A stretch of DNA of 63,703 bases, counting the filler, from an uncultured Methanosarcinales archaeon (lineage in GTDB: Archaea > Nanobdellota > Nanobdellia > Woesearchaeales > UBA12501), in the NCBI GenBank assembly GCA_964397315.1. It is 3 parts of 3 records of this genome, joined end to end, with 100 filler letters (N's around TTAATTAATTAA, not from the genome) between each part and the next. Parts side by side here need not be neighbours in the genome. Positions count along the whole stretch, not along the records: positions 1 to 27,343 come from CAYNHV010000002.1; 2 more parts are not named here. One strand, written 5' to 3'. A program made the translations under genes and the position numbers. The notes under the pieces were generated by a model. It was not told the DNA's origin. It saw only the letters and a program-made list of their open reading frames with translations, and did no database searches. The first letter of the stretch is position 1, and each line of letters opens with the position of its first letter. Positions 1 to 10,876 of the stretch are shown in pieces.

Positions 1-1
1 T

Positions 2-727
2 AAGCGTTTTCTCGTATGGTTCAGAAAATGCTTCTTCTCCGTAACCTTTTTTGACTTCCGTTTTTAAAATTTTAATTTCTTCTGATGTCAGGAAAAGGAA
101 TTGGCTCAAATCAGAATCATTTTTAACCTCGACAACTTCACCTGAATTGATTAAGTTGTTTAATCGGTCCGATAGTTCCTGAAAGTGTTCAGGGTTATCC
201 CTTTTGTTGCCAACTTTTCTTTTCTTTCTTAAGTAAGAACTCGCCAAGGGATCATGATCTCTTTCGGAATAAAAATCTTCATTTACCTCTCTGCCTGTTT
301 TTTCAGCTTCAAGCCACCCACCAATGCGGAAATGAAAAGCCTGACGGTATGGTGAATAGAACAATTTTAAAAGCTTTTCCCGGTAAAGCTCGACAATTAT
401 TGAGCGTCCGGTATAAGCGCTAACATTCAGTATGGGGCCAGTAATGACCAATAAGCGTGGCTCCGGTTCTTCTTCAGGGGTAATCCCATAGTAAGATGCT
501 AATTGATGAATGAAAGAATATAGTTCATTTCGATACATATCAACGCTGGCTTCACCTGTTACTGAAGCCGCGAAAAGATGGTGATTTTCCAAGCAATTGG
601 CAATTTGATTAGACATCTTTTGCCAGCCGAGGATATCTTTATCCTCATAATAGAGGTCTAATCCCACCGCTTTTACTAAAAATTTGACTAAGTTATTTTC
701 AGAAGCCATGATTCTAGATGTTAGCAT
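2..727 (-). CDS. Hypothetical protein, truncated by the window edge
   Basis: Absent from the ORF track because it has no stop. ATG at 727 follows GAGGTGA; the frame MLTSRIMASENNLVKFLVKAVG... stays open for 242 codons to the edge. Confidence 0.7.
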   Translation of the reverse strand, partial: MLTSRIMASENNLVKFLVKAVGLDLYYEDKDILGWQKMSNQIANCLENHHLFAASVTGEASVDMYRNELYSFIHQLASYYGITPEEEPEPRLLVITGPILNVSAYTGRSIIVELYREKLLKLFYSPYRQAFHFRIGGWLEAEKTGREVNEDFYSERDHDPLASSYLRKKRKVGNKRDNPEHFQELSDRLNNLINSGEVVEVKNDSDLSQFLFLTSEEIKILKTEVKKGYGEEAFSEPYEKTL

Positions 728-989
728 TTTAGTTCACCTCAATATCCTGTTTCCTGCTCGTGGCTGAAATATAAGAGGAGACCATTAAAGGAATAGAAAG
801 GTTTCCTCCTATAAATATCTTTCTGCCGAAAAACTCTCCTTTTTAGGGCTGTTGTGAATGTTGCTATACTTCCCTGCCTCGTCAAGAATAGTAATTATAC
901 TACGAGGAAGAAGCAAAAACAAAAAATCACTTCCGGGTGGAGTTGTACTCTGTGTGCTGGGTTCGCAGAATAAACCCACCCAAGTTGGT

Positions 990-1370
990 TCAAAAGGGGT
1001 AGAGTCGGCTTTGGAAGGAAAAGGGAATCGCCCGGCGGTTTTCTCCATTGAATAGGTGTTGGAGATTGGCCATAGGTGTTGAGTGGCCCCGGGACTTTAA
1101 TCTCCAACCTTCCAATGCTTTCTTGCTATTAAAGTATTTGGTGCTTGTCAGGATGAGGCTTTCGCCGGAGCTATTCGCTTCAGAAGAAGATTTCCCCGAA
1201 CCAACCACATCATTAAGGGCTGTCTCGTTATCATCAAAGTGCATATCCCGGTTTTGAGTTTCTGCCCTTAAGGCCTGAACTCCAGACAGAGTGAACACGG
1301 CTATAGCAAGAATTGCTTTCAGCAGCAGGGAAGCAATACACCTCAATCTCATCCTTTGAATAAGGCCCAT
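990..1370 (-). CDS. Putative exported hypothetical protein, possibly a frameshifted remnant
   Basis: Signal-peptide-like N-terminus (LLLKAILAIAVFTLSGVQALRA) downstream of a sigma70-like promoter; may continue in the 895-1107 frame. Confidence 0.35.
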   Translation of the reverse strand: MGLIQRMRLRCIASLLLKAILAIAVFTLSGVQALRAETQNRDMHFDDNETALNDVVGSGKSSSEANSSGESLILTSTKYFNSKKALEGWRLKSRGHSTPMANLQHLFNGENRRAIPFSFQSRLYPF

Positions 1371-1412
1371 ATTTTACATCCGCCCTCTTGCCATATATAA
1401 GCTAGGCGTTAG

Positions 1413-1441
1413 CTTATACCATATTTTCTTCCTTCCGTCAA
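1413..1441 (-). promoter_or_regulatory. sigma70-type promoter
   Basis: TTGACG-N17-TATAAG on the minus strand, with TG just upstream of the -10 box. Confidence 0.55.
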
Positions 1442-2063
1442 CCATCCCAGGGGGTCAGGTTATCCTTTCTCCCTCAAAAAGATAATCATTACAAAGGCTT
1501 ATGCAAGCACCTCCTGCTTACCTGTAGTCCCAACCTGATAATTAAGGATAATACCCGAAGGAGATAAAAGCAAGGCCAAATCCAATAGGGGGCCGGACTC
1601 TCTTAATCGGAGACCTGTCCCAAGCTTTGGTAAACCATTGATTTTATGCCCGCTTCTGTAGCTGAAGGAATTCATGATAACTGCATTTGATCAAAAAAGG
1701 GATTGCTACCCGTCTCCTTAGGCAGCTTTCCGGCGCTGTCGAGTACGGGGGATAATTCGTCCTCGGCGAAGTGTGGGCCGTTCAGGAGTTCTGAAATGAG
1801 TGTCCCTTGGTTGGGCAGACAGCCAGGCTCACTTCGAATATCAAGAGGTTGAGTCAATCAGGCACTCCGGGTCCTCGTCCTCAGCACTTTTGATAAAAAC
1901 AGTTGGTAGCGGAAGCATACAAGAATTCAGGATAATTGTTGTCTTACAGCAGCGGCAAAACCTGCCGTCTTTGGCCTTCTTCGGCGGTACCGATTCATTA
2001 TCCGGTTTTGAATTTCGTATGGCCTGTGATATGCGGACAACTATTATATTACTAGATGTAGCA

Positions 2064-2092
2064 TTGACATTAATACAAAAATAATATATTGT
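2064..2092 (+). promoter_or_regulatory. sigma70-type promoter
   Basis: TTGACA-N17-TATTGT, about 40 nt upstream of ATG 2135. Confidence 0.6.
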
Positions 2093-2134
2093 GGGCTATG
2101 AGGCTAGTTGGAGGAGAAAATAAGGGAGGAATCT

Positions 2135-2296
2135 ATGGCTGAGTACAGAAGGAGAAAGGACAGTGATACCTGGCATTGGTGCAGAAATTGCGCTAACGAT
2201 CCAAAAAGTAACTATGAAAAAAGCAATAGTAAGCCCTCCACGGGCGAGCTATGCAACCAATGTAGAGCAAAGGAAAAATCCGGAAACTGCAACTAA
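2135..2296 (+). CDS. Small Cys/His putative Zn-binding protein (53 aa)
   Basis: SD GGGAGG; WHWCRNC...ELCNQC motifs. Confidence 0.7.
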   Translation: MAEYRRRKDSDTWHWCRNCANDPKSNYEKSNSKPSTGELCNQCRAKEKSGNCN

Positions 2297-2417
2297 CACT
2301 AAACCCAGTAATTCCAACTAGCCTTTTTAAAATTCATTAACCCTCATCTTAAGGGTTAAAAGTTCTGGTTGGAGTCGGCTGGTAGTCTCGGAAATTTGAA
2401 AGAAGGGAGAGCGGATT

Positions 2418-3158
2418 ATGCTGCAAGCACCCTGGTGGGTTTTTGGTTTGATGATTGTGCTGCTGCCGGTGGCAGTGGTAGCGCTGTTCTTTGCGCATAA
2501 GAGCCTGCCTCAGAGGTTGACCATCTTTCTGGTCAGCGGTTTCATTGTGAATCACTGGATGCAGGTTTGGTGTTATCGCCTGAAGGATAGATTGGAGGAT
2601 CCGGAAAGAGCAACAAATTTGAATTCTCTGTTCCTTTTTTCAATGGATTGGCGCTGGTCACTGCTTTTGGGCTTTGCAGCGTACATTTTGCTTTATGTTC
2701 TTTTAAGCAAAGTGTGGATTCCAGAGGAGAAGGACGTAACCATAAGCCTTATAGCGTTTGTTGGAATCGGTACGATAATTATTTCGCAAGCAGCATCATC
2801 CAGTGTCCCTAAGCTGGCTATAGAGGTTGGAATTCTGGGTATCTACCTGCTGGGCTTGATATCCTGGAAATACTTTCTGGTATATCCAGAAGGATTTAAT
2901 GTGGGTGCCACTCAAGTTCAGAGTGATTCCCTTACTTCCTTCGGACTGATGCTCTCATTCCTCGCTTTGTGGCTTCCTGCCACTTTGACGCTTGGAGACT
3001 TCCTTTACAAGTATTATCAAAATCAGGGGGAGCTGGGAGTTCAACTGCAAATGACGCGATATGCCACTGGAGTGGCTTACTCCTTATCCGGTTTCGCGGT
3101 TGTCATTATGGAGATTTTGCGGAATTTGATTGAAGCGCGTTTGAAGATGCTTAGTTGA
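2418..3158 (+). CDS. Multi-pass membrane protein
   Basis: 246 aa with about seven hydrophobic segments. Confidence 0.7.
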   Translation: MLQAPWWVFGLMIVLLPVAVVALFFAHKSLPQRLTIFLVSGFIVNHWMQVWCYRLKDRLEDPERATNLNSLFLFSMDWRWSLLLGFAAYILLYVLLSKVWIPEEKDVTISLIAFVGIGTIIISQAASSSVPKLAIEVGILGIYLLGLISWKYFLVYPEGFNVGATQVQSDSLTSFGLMLSFLALWLPATLTLGDFLYKYYQNQGELGVQLQMTRYATGVAYSLSGFAVVIMEILRNLIEARLKMLS

Positions 3159-3395
3159 AAGAGGAAAATTTCCGGCAGCACTGTAGATTTTCAAGGAATT
3201 TAAGGAAGGAAAAGCGAAGGAATCACAACCGCAAAGAGAAAAAAGCCCCCTTGGGGGGTTGGGGGGATGAAGAACAATCTGTGGGAAAAGGCGAGTTTTG
3301 GAATAAATCTCGGTTTACACCTTATAAGCCTTTTTGAAGTTTTGAGTGAAGGGATGAAGTTCAAAAAAAGCTTTGTCAGGAAGCAATGCAATTTT

Positions 3396-4385
3396 TTATC
3401 GATTTGATGGTAAAGATAGAAGCTTTTGCACATCGTATTCTAGGAGACGTGAAACACAATGTTCTTTATCTTTTCGGCTCTCTGTAAAAATATATGGATG
3501 TTTCGGATGGAAGGACGTAAATGAAGAATCGTCTAAACTTATAATATTGGCCCAAGAATCTGTACGCCAAATCAGTGTTCTTCCACTTTCATCGCTGGAG
3601 GCAAGGAAATTTCCATCAACAGAAAACGATAAGGTAATTATTCCGTGTGTATTTCCTTTCAAATTAAGTCTTAATTTACAGCTACTTAATGGCCTCATTA
3701 TTTCCATTATTTTGACAGTGTTATCATCATATCCGAAGGCAAGCAGCCTACAATCTGGAGACCATGACAAACTTTTGATTGGGCTGTTATTGTCTTTAGA
3801 AATGATGAGATATTCGCCTGATTGTGCATCCCAAAGAGATATTGAGCGCTCTTCTGAACCTGCAGCAAGCATCGTACCATCTGGTGACCATGATAAACTT
3901 AGAACAGCTTTATTATGAGCATTGTATTGAGATACAATTTTATTAACGTTCAGTTTATTAGAGATTTCCCTTATTTTAACCTCTCCACCCGAAGAACCAG
4001 AGGCAAGTTTTCGTTCTATAGGCGAAAACGCCAGAGATGTAACCGGTTTATTATGCGCAACTTTGATAAGATTTCGCCAATTTCCATTAACAACATTGTT
4101 GAAATTAATTGATTTATTTTTTTGGCCCGCGACTGCTAACCATACACCATTACGAAAAAATGACGCGCTATTAATGTTTGTGATAGGAGAGGATGTTACT
4201 CTTAGGCACTTCCCAGTTTTACTATCATAAAAATGTATAGTATCAGAAGTCACAATTACAAATAACTCTCCACCGGGAAACCAAGTCATAATACCACCAT
4301 AAAGGAACGTCTTCGTTTCCCAAGACAGTCCTAATCCCTGTGGGTAATTAGGATTTATATTGTTATCATCATTTCCAACTTTCAT
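3396..4385 (-). CDS. WD40-repeat protein
   Basis: Repeated H..V.SL.WSPDG..LA.G..D..I.LWD-type units. Confidence 0.85.
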   Translation of the reverse strand: MKVGNDDNNINPNYPQGLGLSWETKTFLYGGIMTWFPGGELFVIVTSDTIHFYDSKTGKCLRVTSSPITNINSASFFRNGVWLAVAGQKNKSINFNNVVNGNWRNLIKVAHNKPVTSLAFSPIERKLASGSSGGEVKIREISNKLNVNKIVSQYNAHNKAVLSLSWSPDGTMLAAGSEERSISLWDAQSGEYLIISKDNNSPIKSLSWSPDCRLLAFGYDDNTVKIMEIMRPLSSCKLRLNLKGNTHGIITLSFSVDGNFLASSDESGRTLIWRTDSWANIISLDDSSFTSFHPKHPYIFTESRKDKEHCVSRLLEYDVQKLLSLPSNR

Positions 4386-4451
4386 AATGTATACTCTCCT
4401 TTTCTTTGATTAAAATCGTATTGTTACATGTTAGAAATCCAATTATAATAT

Positions 4452-4970
4452 TTATTTATATTTTAGTAATCCCCACTTTTTAAGGTGTTGCTCATCCCAG
4501 CTATTATCATAATCTATCCTTGCTCCTGGTTGTGCTGCCTTTTTTATTTCATCTTGTATTTCCAGGTATGTTTCCTCGTCAATGTTACTTAGCTTCAATT
4601 TTTTTCTACCTAATATTTCGAGGATTGTGCTATCTAGCGGGCAGTGCAGAATTTCCTTCATTTTCATATTTCTGTTTTTGGAAAGATAAAAATGATACTT
4701 TAGAATGACGTTAATTGCCTTTTGGGCCTGGCCATAGCTTATTTTGAAATCTTTGTGCAACTTATTGATAGAGCTAACTATTTCCGGCTCTCTCAATTTT
4801 CCCGAATCAAATAAATCAGTTAAACGTTCTAGCTCAGCGAAAGCAGTTCTCTTAAATTTGTTGCTTAATCGTTGATTTTTTAAATCAATCGTTTTGCCTA
4901 TTGACCTCAAAATCATCGTAGCAGAGAAGATTAAAGTATAAACGCTTTTTTGTTGGTCGGTAAGTGGCAT
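4452..4970 (-). CDS. Hypothetical protein with GQAQK..N..LKY and HCPLD motifs (possibly HhH-glycosylase-like)
   Basis: SD GGAGGG before ATG 4970; fold assignment tentative. Confidence 0.6.
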   Translation of the reverse strand: MPLTDQQKSVYTLIFSATMILRSIGKTIDLKNQRLSNKFKRTAFAELERLTDLFDSGKLREPEIVSSINKLHKDFKISYGQAQKAINVILKYHFYLSKNRNMKMKEILHCPLDSTILEILGRKKLKLSNIDEETYLEIQDEIKKAAQPGARIDYDNSWDEQHLKKWGLLKYK

Positions 4971-4989
4971 AATTCCCTCCTTCACTTTT

Positions 4990-5493
4990 TTAAAACTGCC
5001 AGCCTTCTACCCTGCACATCTCGATTATGTTTATGCATTCTATGCCGTAGCCTTGGGAGACGAAGGGGATTCTTATCCTGTTGCCTCTCAATCTTTCTTC
5101 AGTGACTATTATGCGTTCCTTGGCTGTTGGAATGAGGATTCCCTGGGGGTCGTTTTTAAGCTCAACTGCCATTGCTATCACAAAGGGGTCGGCAGCTGCT
5201 TTTTCATTGTTTGATTTAGCCAATGAGGGGTATTTTTTAAGGATTTCCTTGATAATTTCAATTTGCTTTGGGGTAAGGTCTCTGAATAGCTTCTTATGGC
5301 TTTTGGCCCATTCTTTAAGGGCGTCATCTCTATAGGAAATTTCCTTCAACACTTCTTTGTGGGAAATCAAGAGTCCTTTTTCGATTAATTCTTCGACATT
5401 TTTCCAGAGTGTGGGAAAGACATCTATAGGGTAGCGTCTGTTTAATTCTATGAGGGAGCTTGTATCAATAACGTAGTAGTTTATCGTTGTCAT
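4990..5493 (-). CDS. DUF4411 family PIN-domain protein
   Basis: YVIDTSSLI, FPTLW, ADPFVIAMA, IVTEE, RIP motifs; ATGA overlap with the upstream peptidase gene. Confidence 0.85.
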   Translation of the reverse strand: MTTINYYVIDTSSLIELNRRYPIDVFPTLWKNVEELIEKGLLISHKEVLKEISYRDDALKEWAKSHKKLFRDLTPKQIEIIKEILKKYPSLAKSNNEKAAADPFVIAMAVELKNDPQGILIPTAKERIIVTEERLRGNRIRIPFVSQGYGIECINIIEMCRVEGWQF

Positions 5494-6653
5494 TTTTTCG
5501 CTTTAGTCATCACCTTATCAAGGTTTTTTGCTTTTATTGAGAGATAATCCAGGGCGTCGCTGTGGGTTATGAATCCCTTTTCCACGTTGTTCGAGACGAG
5601 GGAGACGAATTTCTGGCCTTTTTCGTTAAGGCATTTTTTATCTGCTTTCTGGGCGAACCCGGTTTGTTTTGATTTTTCCTTCGGCTTATCAATTTGGGGT
5701 TTATATCTATCAAGCACTGCTTCGTATTGAGATTTGGATATAAAGTTAAGCCTATGAATGTTATAGAGAAGCATGGCCTTGCTGACCTTGTATGTCCTCG
5801 ACAAGCTATTCAGTGTCTTAGTGTCCGTAAGGCTGGATTTCCTTTGGCTGAACTCACGCTTGGCAATGTCTTCCGGCAGTAAAAAGGATGTTGCAAAGTC
5901 ATTGCACCATTTTTCAACCGCTTCGGCCTTCTTAACAAAAAGGGCATTTTCCGGCATGCTTATGCCGCTTTCATTCAAGAGCACATGCCCGAACTCGTGC
6001 ATTAAAGTGAAAATCCTTGCTTCTATGAGGTCTTTGGAATTTACAACGATAACTGCGGGGTAGTCATCAACTAAAGTGAAGCCTCTTGCGTCATCTACAG
6101 GCATGGAGATCTGAAAGACAAGAACATTCTCATCTTCAATGAGGTCTCGCAGGTAATTAAAAACATCGTAGGAGTTTTTTAGTTTCGTTTGCTTTTCCTC
6201 GTCAAAATTTAACTCTTTCCTGTATTTTGCAGCTATTTTTTGGGGGTTGTCGGTTAGCTTTACAGTTGCCGTTAGCTTGTTGAGGCTGGCGCTCAGGTTT
6301 TCAGAGAGTTCCTTGCTTATATTCTGGAGCCTTCTTGCTCTTCTTATGGCGAGGATAGTCTTCTTGTCGAACTTGCCTTCCCTGTCCGGCAGCATCCTGT
6401 AATCCTTGGGCATTGGCTTTTCTTTCGGCGGCTCAGGAAGAAAAAAGACGGCCAGAGGCCTTTTGATGACGTTTGCCAGGTCTTCAAGTTGCCTTACGGT
6501 CGGTTTTACTTCGCCGGAAATCCAGCCGTCCAGTACATTGGAGCTTATTTTGAGGCGTTTAATAAGCTCTTCCCTGCTCCAGCCGGAGCGTTCAATAGCC
6601 CACTTTAGAACGGTTGGCTCTACATCAACATTCATTGACTTCTTTCCAGGCAT
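5490..6653 (-). CDS. XRE HTH plus ImmA/IrrE (M78) metallopeptidase
   Basis: N-terminal HTH; FTLMHEFGH zinc motif; EKWCNDFA. Confidence 0.9.
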   Translation of the reverse strand: MPGKKSMNVDVEPTVLKWAIERSGWSREELIKRLKISSNVLDGWISGEVKPTVRQLEDLANVIKRPLAVFFLPEPPKEKPMPKDYRMLPDREGKFDKKTILAIRRARRLQNISKELSENLSASLNKLTATVKLTDNPQKIAAKYRKELNFDEEKQTKLKNSYDVFNYLRDLIEDENVLVFQISMPVDDARGFTLVDDYPAVIVVNSKDLIEARIFTLMHEFGHVLLNESGISMPENALFVKKAEAVEKWCNDFATSFLLPEDIAKREFSQRKSSLTDTKTLNSLSRTYKVSKAMLLYNIHRLNFISKSQYEAVLDRYKPQIDKPKEKSKQTGFAQKADKKCLNEKGQKFVSLVSNNVEKGFITHSDALDYLSIKAKNLDKVMTKAKK

Positions 6654-6713
6654 TTTGGTTGTTGATTCTCCCCGATTAATAAAGTTTTTGCCAATTTCGA
6701 GATAGTCTAGCCC

Positions 6714-9700
6714 TCAAAAGCCCTCCATAACTATACGCTTTTCCTGTTCCGTAAGCCCATACAACCTGAAAACAATTTCGTCAATTAATTTGTCGGTTTC
6801 CTGAAAGCTTTTTTTCATTGGAGTAATTTTTGTTACGCTTCGATTGAACTCATTCTCGAACAATTCCTGAAATTTTCTTCCAGAGGGGTTAACAGAAATA
6901 TTCTTTTTGTTATGTTTCAAAATATCGAGAATTTCATTGGCGCTATGTTCGTGATATTCTTCTATTTTTGTTTTATTCTTCAGATTGTTTAATTTTGTTC
7001 CAATTTCCCTTTCTAACCATATTAAAAAACCAGCAACTTCCATATTTTCATTCTCCTTCAGTTGCATCATAGTACTGGCCAAATAAGAAAGTACATCGTG
7101 CACATATTTATTAACAGTATCTGTTATTTCTTTTTCAACCAATTTTATTGCCTTCAAGTATTCATTTGCCATATACGCTTCAAAGAATGTATCGAGCATC
7201 TGATTTAAATTATTTGGTTTTTTGGACAAACAAGTACAAGGAATTGGAAGATTTCTTAATCCTTCCAGTGTAGTTTGTCTGAAATCATCCTTCTGAGCAA
7301 TAATGTCGCTGTGATAATATACATATGACAGTAACTTGGAATTAATAAGAGCCAAAAAATAATTCACAGAGTGTTCTCCGAGAGGCTTAAAAATGTACAA
7401 GTCCTTTTTGTTTACAAACGTATCTGTGGCAGAAATTGCCATAATCCTATCTTGCCTACTAATCAATCTTCGAATAAGGAGCCTAGGGCCAGTAAAATAA
7501 GAAAAACTTGATGGTGATTCAGGCAAGTCTGACGAATAATCAATATATTTGTCGGGTTGGGATATTTCATATCTCAATAATTCCCCATCAAAAAAGGGGT
7601 TAAGAGATTTAGCTTTTGTTTGGAAGATATGCTTGGGTTTAGCCAGAACACCTCTAGCCGACTTTGTAATCTCGCCTAAGGAAACAAATCTATTGTCTCC
7701 TAATTTTTTAAGTAGTGATATAGTAGGCGGATTTAGAATAATCTTATTATTATCAAGCTCTAGCCAGGAATGCTGAGATATTCTTTCATAATGAAGAGTG
7801 TCAATTGCATATATCTTTAGGTTCTTGGGATATTCATAAACATATGAAATGTGTGATTCATCTTTATAGTTCTTGAGCACGAATATGCATGTATCTATAT
7901 ATGCATCCTTAAAGACATCAAAAGGTAGGTTTACGAGAAATTCAAAACTTACATTATGAAGAAACTTAGTCCTTAGTTCAGAATACATATATCCGGTCTG
8001 CCATGATGTGGGCACAATGAAACTGTGGCATCCATATTTCTTAAGTAGGGAAATTGAATTTTCCATGAACGCAGCATAGATATCATTGCTTTTGGATATA
8101 GTATCAAATTTTGTGCGAAAATAGGATATGGATTCTAAGGCTCCATATGGAGGGTTGCCGATTACACAATCAAAGCCGGGATTCGCCTTTTTTTCGACCT
8201 TCTGTTCAGAATCTCCTGTCCTTTCATAAAAAACTTCAGGGAATTCAATTTCCCAGTGAAACAATTTCGTTTCTTTTGAAACATTTATCGTTTTCTCAAT
8301 GGCAGCTCTTTCCTTTTCGGGCAAGGCCTGTATTGATTCATGAAGTCGGTTTAAATCTATCTTCAAAGCCTCCATTTTAAGCATGTCTTTGGCTTCAGGG
8401 ACTCCAAAGTGCTCTGCTATCAGCATATCAAGTAGTATGCGATACCCTTCCAAGCCTTTGTTTGCATCATCGTATAGTTCGCTTGACCTGTTTACCTGTG
8501 AAATAGTGGCGTCGGGCAGCTCGGAAATAAATAGCATGTCTCGTATTGCTCGTTTAAGCGGCTCAAGATTAAGCCCAAATAGTTCCCCTGCTTTCTCGCC
8601 AATCTTTCCATAGATAAAGGTATCAAGTTCTTCGAGGTCTGTTCCTATTAAGGAATTTCCTATTTTAAGATGGTGGTCTAGGAATGATAAAGGCGCTCCA
8701 AGGGTAAATGAATCGAGCCACAATGAGAGCTTGGCAAGCTCAACGGCCATATCATTCAGGTCTACTCCATAAACGCATCGTTTCATCACAACGCGTTTTA
8801 TCAGATTTACTTCTGTGAGCTTATCCTCATCTATACCTACTCCTTGCCTTTTTAAATCAGATAAAATTTCATTTTTCATATCATGAATTGCTCTGATTAC
8901 GGCATTATCAGGGTAGTCGGCAAGAAAGGTGACAATCCTCTCAGAGATGAAATCTACAGTGTGGACAAGAAAATGCCCGCTTCCCATTGCAGGGTCAAGT
9001 ACCTGGACGTTGAAAAGGGTTTCGTAAAGCTCCTTCTCCTTGCCCTGTATGTCGGTTATATGCTTTCCCTGTGCCTCTTTGGGGTGTTCCCAGTGGTTCC
9101 AGTCTTTCGGCTTTTTAAGTTGTTTACGCTGTTTATTATAAAGTTGGTTAAGCTCATTTATGATTTTTCTCGCTTTATCCAGCCTCTCTTCCAAAACCGG
9201 TCCTACGGTGCTATTGACGATATATTCTACAATGTAATGGGGAGTGTAGTAAGAGCCTGTAGCTTTCCTTTCGTGCCTGGAGTTTTCGATGTAAAGCTCG
9301 CCTTTATTCTTTTCTTTGTAGGTTTTTGTGCCCTTTGTGATTTGGGATGCATTCTTCCAAACAAATCGGCCTTTTTCTTTGACTTCAGTTATCTTTTCTT
9401 TTGCTTGTTTAAGTTGGAATTCAAGCAGGCCTTCGTATATGTCCCCAAGGTGGCGCACGTCGAGGGATGAATAGTCAATGAAGGGAATAACGCCTGAAGG
9501 ATATTTGTCCTCTTTATCGATTGTCAGTTTTTGAATGGCCTCACTAATGTATGGGTCGGACATTTTATGATTTTTGAGAAAACTGTTTTGTTGTTGTTCA
9601 AACAGACCGCCGTTATAAATGGGTACATTAAGAGACGGTTCGCCTTCTGATATTATATTGAACAGGCTTTCCAGCCTGGCCCAGTACGTATAAGATCTTT

Positions 9701-10730
9701 TGCTCATTTTCCCTGAGCCAAGGCGTTGAATGTCCTTGTATATATCTTCTTTAAGCTTTCTTAGGCTTACACTCTGGTAGGCCGGTTCTTCTACAGGTAA
9801 AAGATTTCGGCTTTCAGCATGAAGGATGAATAATAATCTGTATAGTAAAGTCAGACAGCCCTTGAAAACCTCTTTTCTGCTTTCATCGGTTTCCTGGTTA
9901 ATTGAAAGCTCGTTGTTTCGATAATGGATAAAACCTTCGGCCAGCCCTTCAAAGACTTCCTCAAAGATGAGGTCTTTTAGATTTTCGCTTACCTTTCTGG
10001 CATATTCCTCACTGCCTGAAAGGTGAAGGTCAAGCAATGTTTTGTTGCTAACCGGGTCAGGAATGAAAGCGTCTCGTGAGAAGAAAAGGTAAAAATACAG
10101 AAAATCTTCAGGATTGTCCTTTTTGATAATCTCTTCTAGGTCTACTTCATAAAAAGTTCCAGAGCGGGAGGTTGCCCTGTAATAGAACAGTCTCCAAATT
10201 TTTCCATTGGTCAGGACAGCCCAGTTTATTTTCCCGTCAGTGTTATAATGAACGTCCTCAAGATACTTTACCGTTTGCGCGGTAGGGTCACGGCTGTCCA
10301 GAATATCTGATTTGTCTGAATCGTTGAGGCGTCTTCCCCAATATTTCGCTTCCAGGATTGTAGATGCGTAAGTATAGAATCCTTTCTCACTTCGTTTTTT
10401 AGCTTCTTTAAGTGTGTGTTCATCATTAAACAGAGCATAATCAGGCCGTTTCTTTTTGAAACCTCTCCGAGAAGGAGGCTGTACATTGTAGGCAAACCCA
10501 AGGGCTTTAAGAACAGGCCTGATAAACTTATCCTCAAGTTCCGCTTCCTGTCCAGCGCCGATGTTCAGGCCCTTAATGTTTTCATAAACCTTCTTGATTT
10601 CATTGAATGTGGTAGTAGCGCTATCTAAATGCTCACTCCAAAGGGACGTGTCACGCAAATGATAATCGAGATAATTGTTTGAAAATAGACCCCGGTTGGC
10701 CCAAAAGAATAATTTAGCCTGTTCAGCCAC
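6714..10730 (-). CDS. Type IIG (Eco57I-like) restriction-modification enzyme, N6-adenine MTase
   Basis: RPDY...EAK nuclease motif, GSYYTP, LDPAMGSGHFL, GNPPY, C-terminal TRD-like region. Confidence 0.9.
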   Translation of the reverse strand: MAEQAKLFFWANRGLFSNNYLDYHLRDTSLWSEHLDSATTTFNEIKKVYENIKGLNIGAGQEAELEDKFIRPVLKALGFAYNVQPPSRRGFKKKRPDYALFNDEHTLKEAKKRSEKGFYTYASTILEAKYWGRRLNDSDKSDILDSRDPTAQTVKYLEDVHYNTDGKINWAVLTNGKIWRLFYYRATSRSGTFYEVDLEEIIKKDNPEDFLYFYLFFSRDAFIPDPVSNKTLLDLHLSGSEEYARKVSENLKDLIFEEVFEGLAEGFIHYRNNELSINQETDESRKEVFKGCLTLLYRLLFILHAESRNLLPVEEPAYQSVSLRKLKEDIYKDIQRLGSGKMSKRSYTYWARLESLFNIISEGEPSLNVPIYNGGLFEQQQNSFLKNHKMSDPYISEAIQKLTIDKEDKYPSGVIPFIDYSSLDVRHLGDIYEGLLEFQLKQAKEKITEVKEKGRFVWKNASQITKGTKTYKEKNKGELYIENSRHERKATGSYYTPHYIVEYIVNSTVGPVLEERLDKARKIINELNQLYNKQRKQLKKPKDWNHWEHPKEAQGKHITDIQGKEKELYETLFNVQVLDPAMGSGHFLVHTVDFISERIVTFLADYPDNAVIRAIHDMKNEILSDLKRQGVGIDEDKLTEVNLIKRVVMKRCVYGVDLNDMAVELAKLSLWLDSFTLGAPLSFLDHHLKIGNSLIGTDLEELDTFIYGKIGEKAGELFGLNLEPLKRAIRDMLFISELPDATISQVNRSSELYDDANKGLEGYRILLDMLIAEHFGVPEAKDMLKMEALKIDLNRLHESIQALPEKERAAIEKTINVSKETKLFHWEIEFPEVFYERTGDSEQKVEKKANPGFDCVIGNPPYGALESISYFRTKFDTISKSNDIYAAFMENSISLLKKYGCHSFIVPTSWQTGYMYSELRTKFLHNVSFEFLVNLPFDVFKDAYIDTCIFVLKNYKDESHISYVYEYPKNLKIYAIDTLHYERISQHSWLELDNNKIILNPPTISLLKKLGDNRFVSLGEITKSARGVLAKPKHIFQTKAKSLNPFFDGELLRYEISQPDKYIDYSSDLPESPSSFSYFTGPRLLIRRLISRQDRIMAISATDTFVNKKDLYIFKPLGEHSVNYFLALINSKLLSYVYYHSDIIAQKDDFRQTTLEGLRNLPIPCTCLSKKPNNLNQMLDTFFEAYMANEYLKAIKLVEKEITDTVNKYVHDVLSYLASTMMQLKENENMEVAGFLIWLEREIGTKLNNLKNKTKIEEYHEHSANEILDILKHNKKNISVNPSGRKFQELFENEFNRSVTKITPMKKSFQETDKLIDEIVFRLYGLTEQEKRIVMEGF

Positions 10731-10876
10731 TTAAATACCCTCTTTGAGGGGGATGATATATTACGGGAGAAAAAAGTTCAAAATGGGTGTTTACTTGACT
10801 ATTTGTTTGCGTGTTTCAACTTGTTGTGGTATTTTTTTAACGAAAATAAGACTTGTGTAGACAGGGAGGTGAAATC

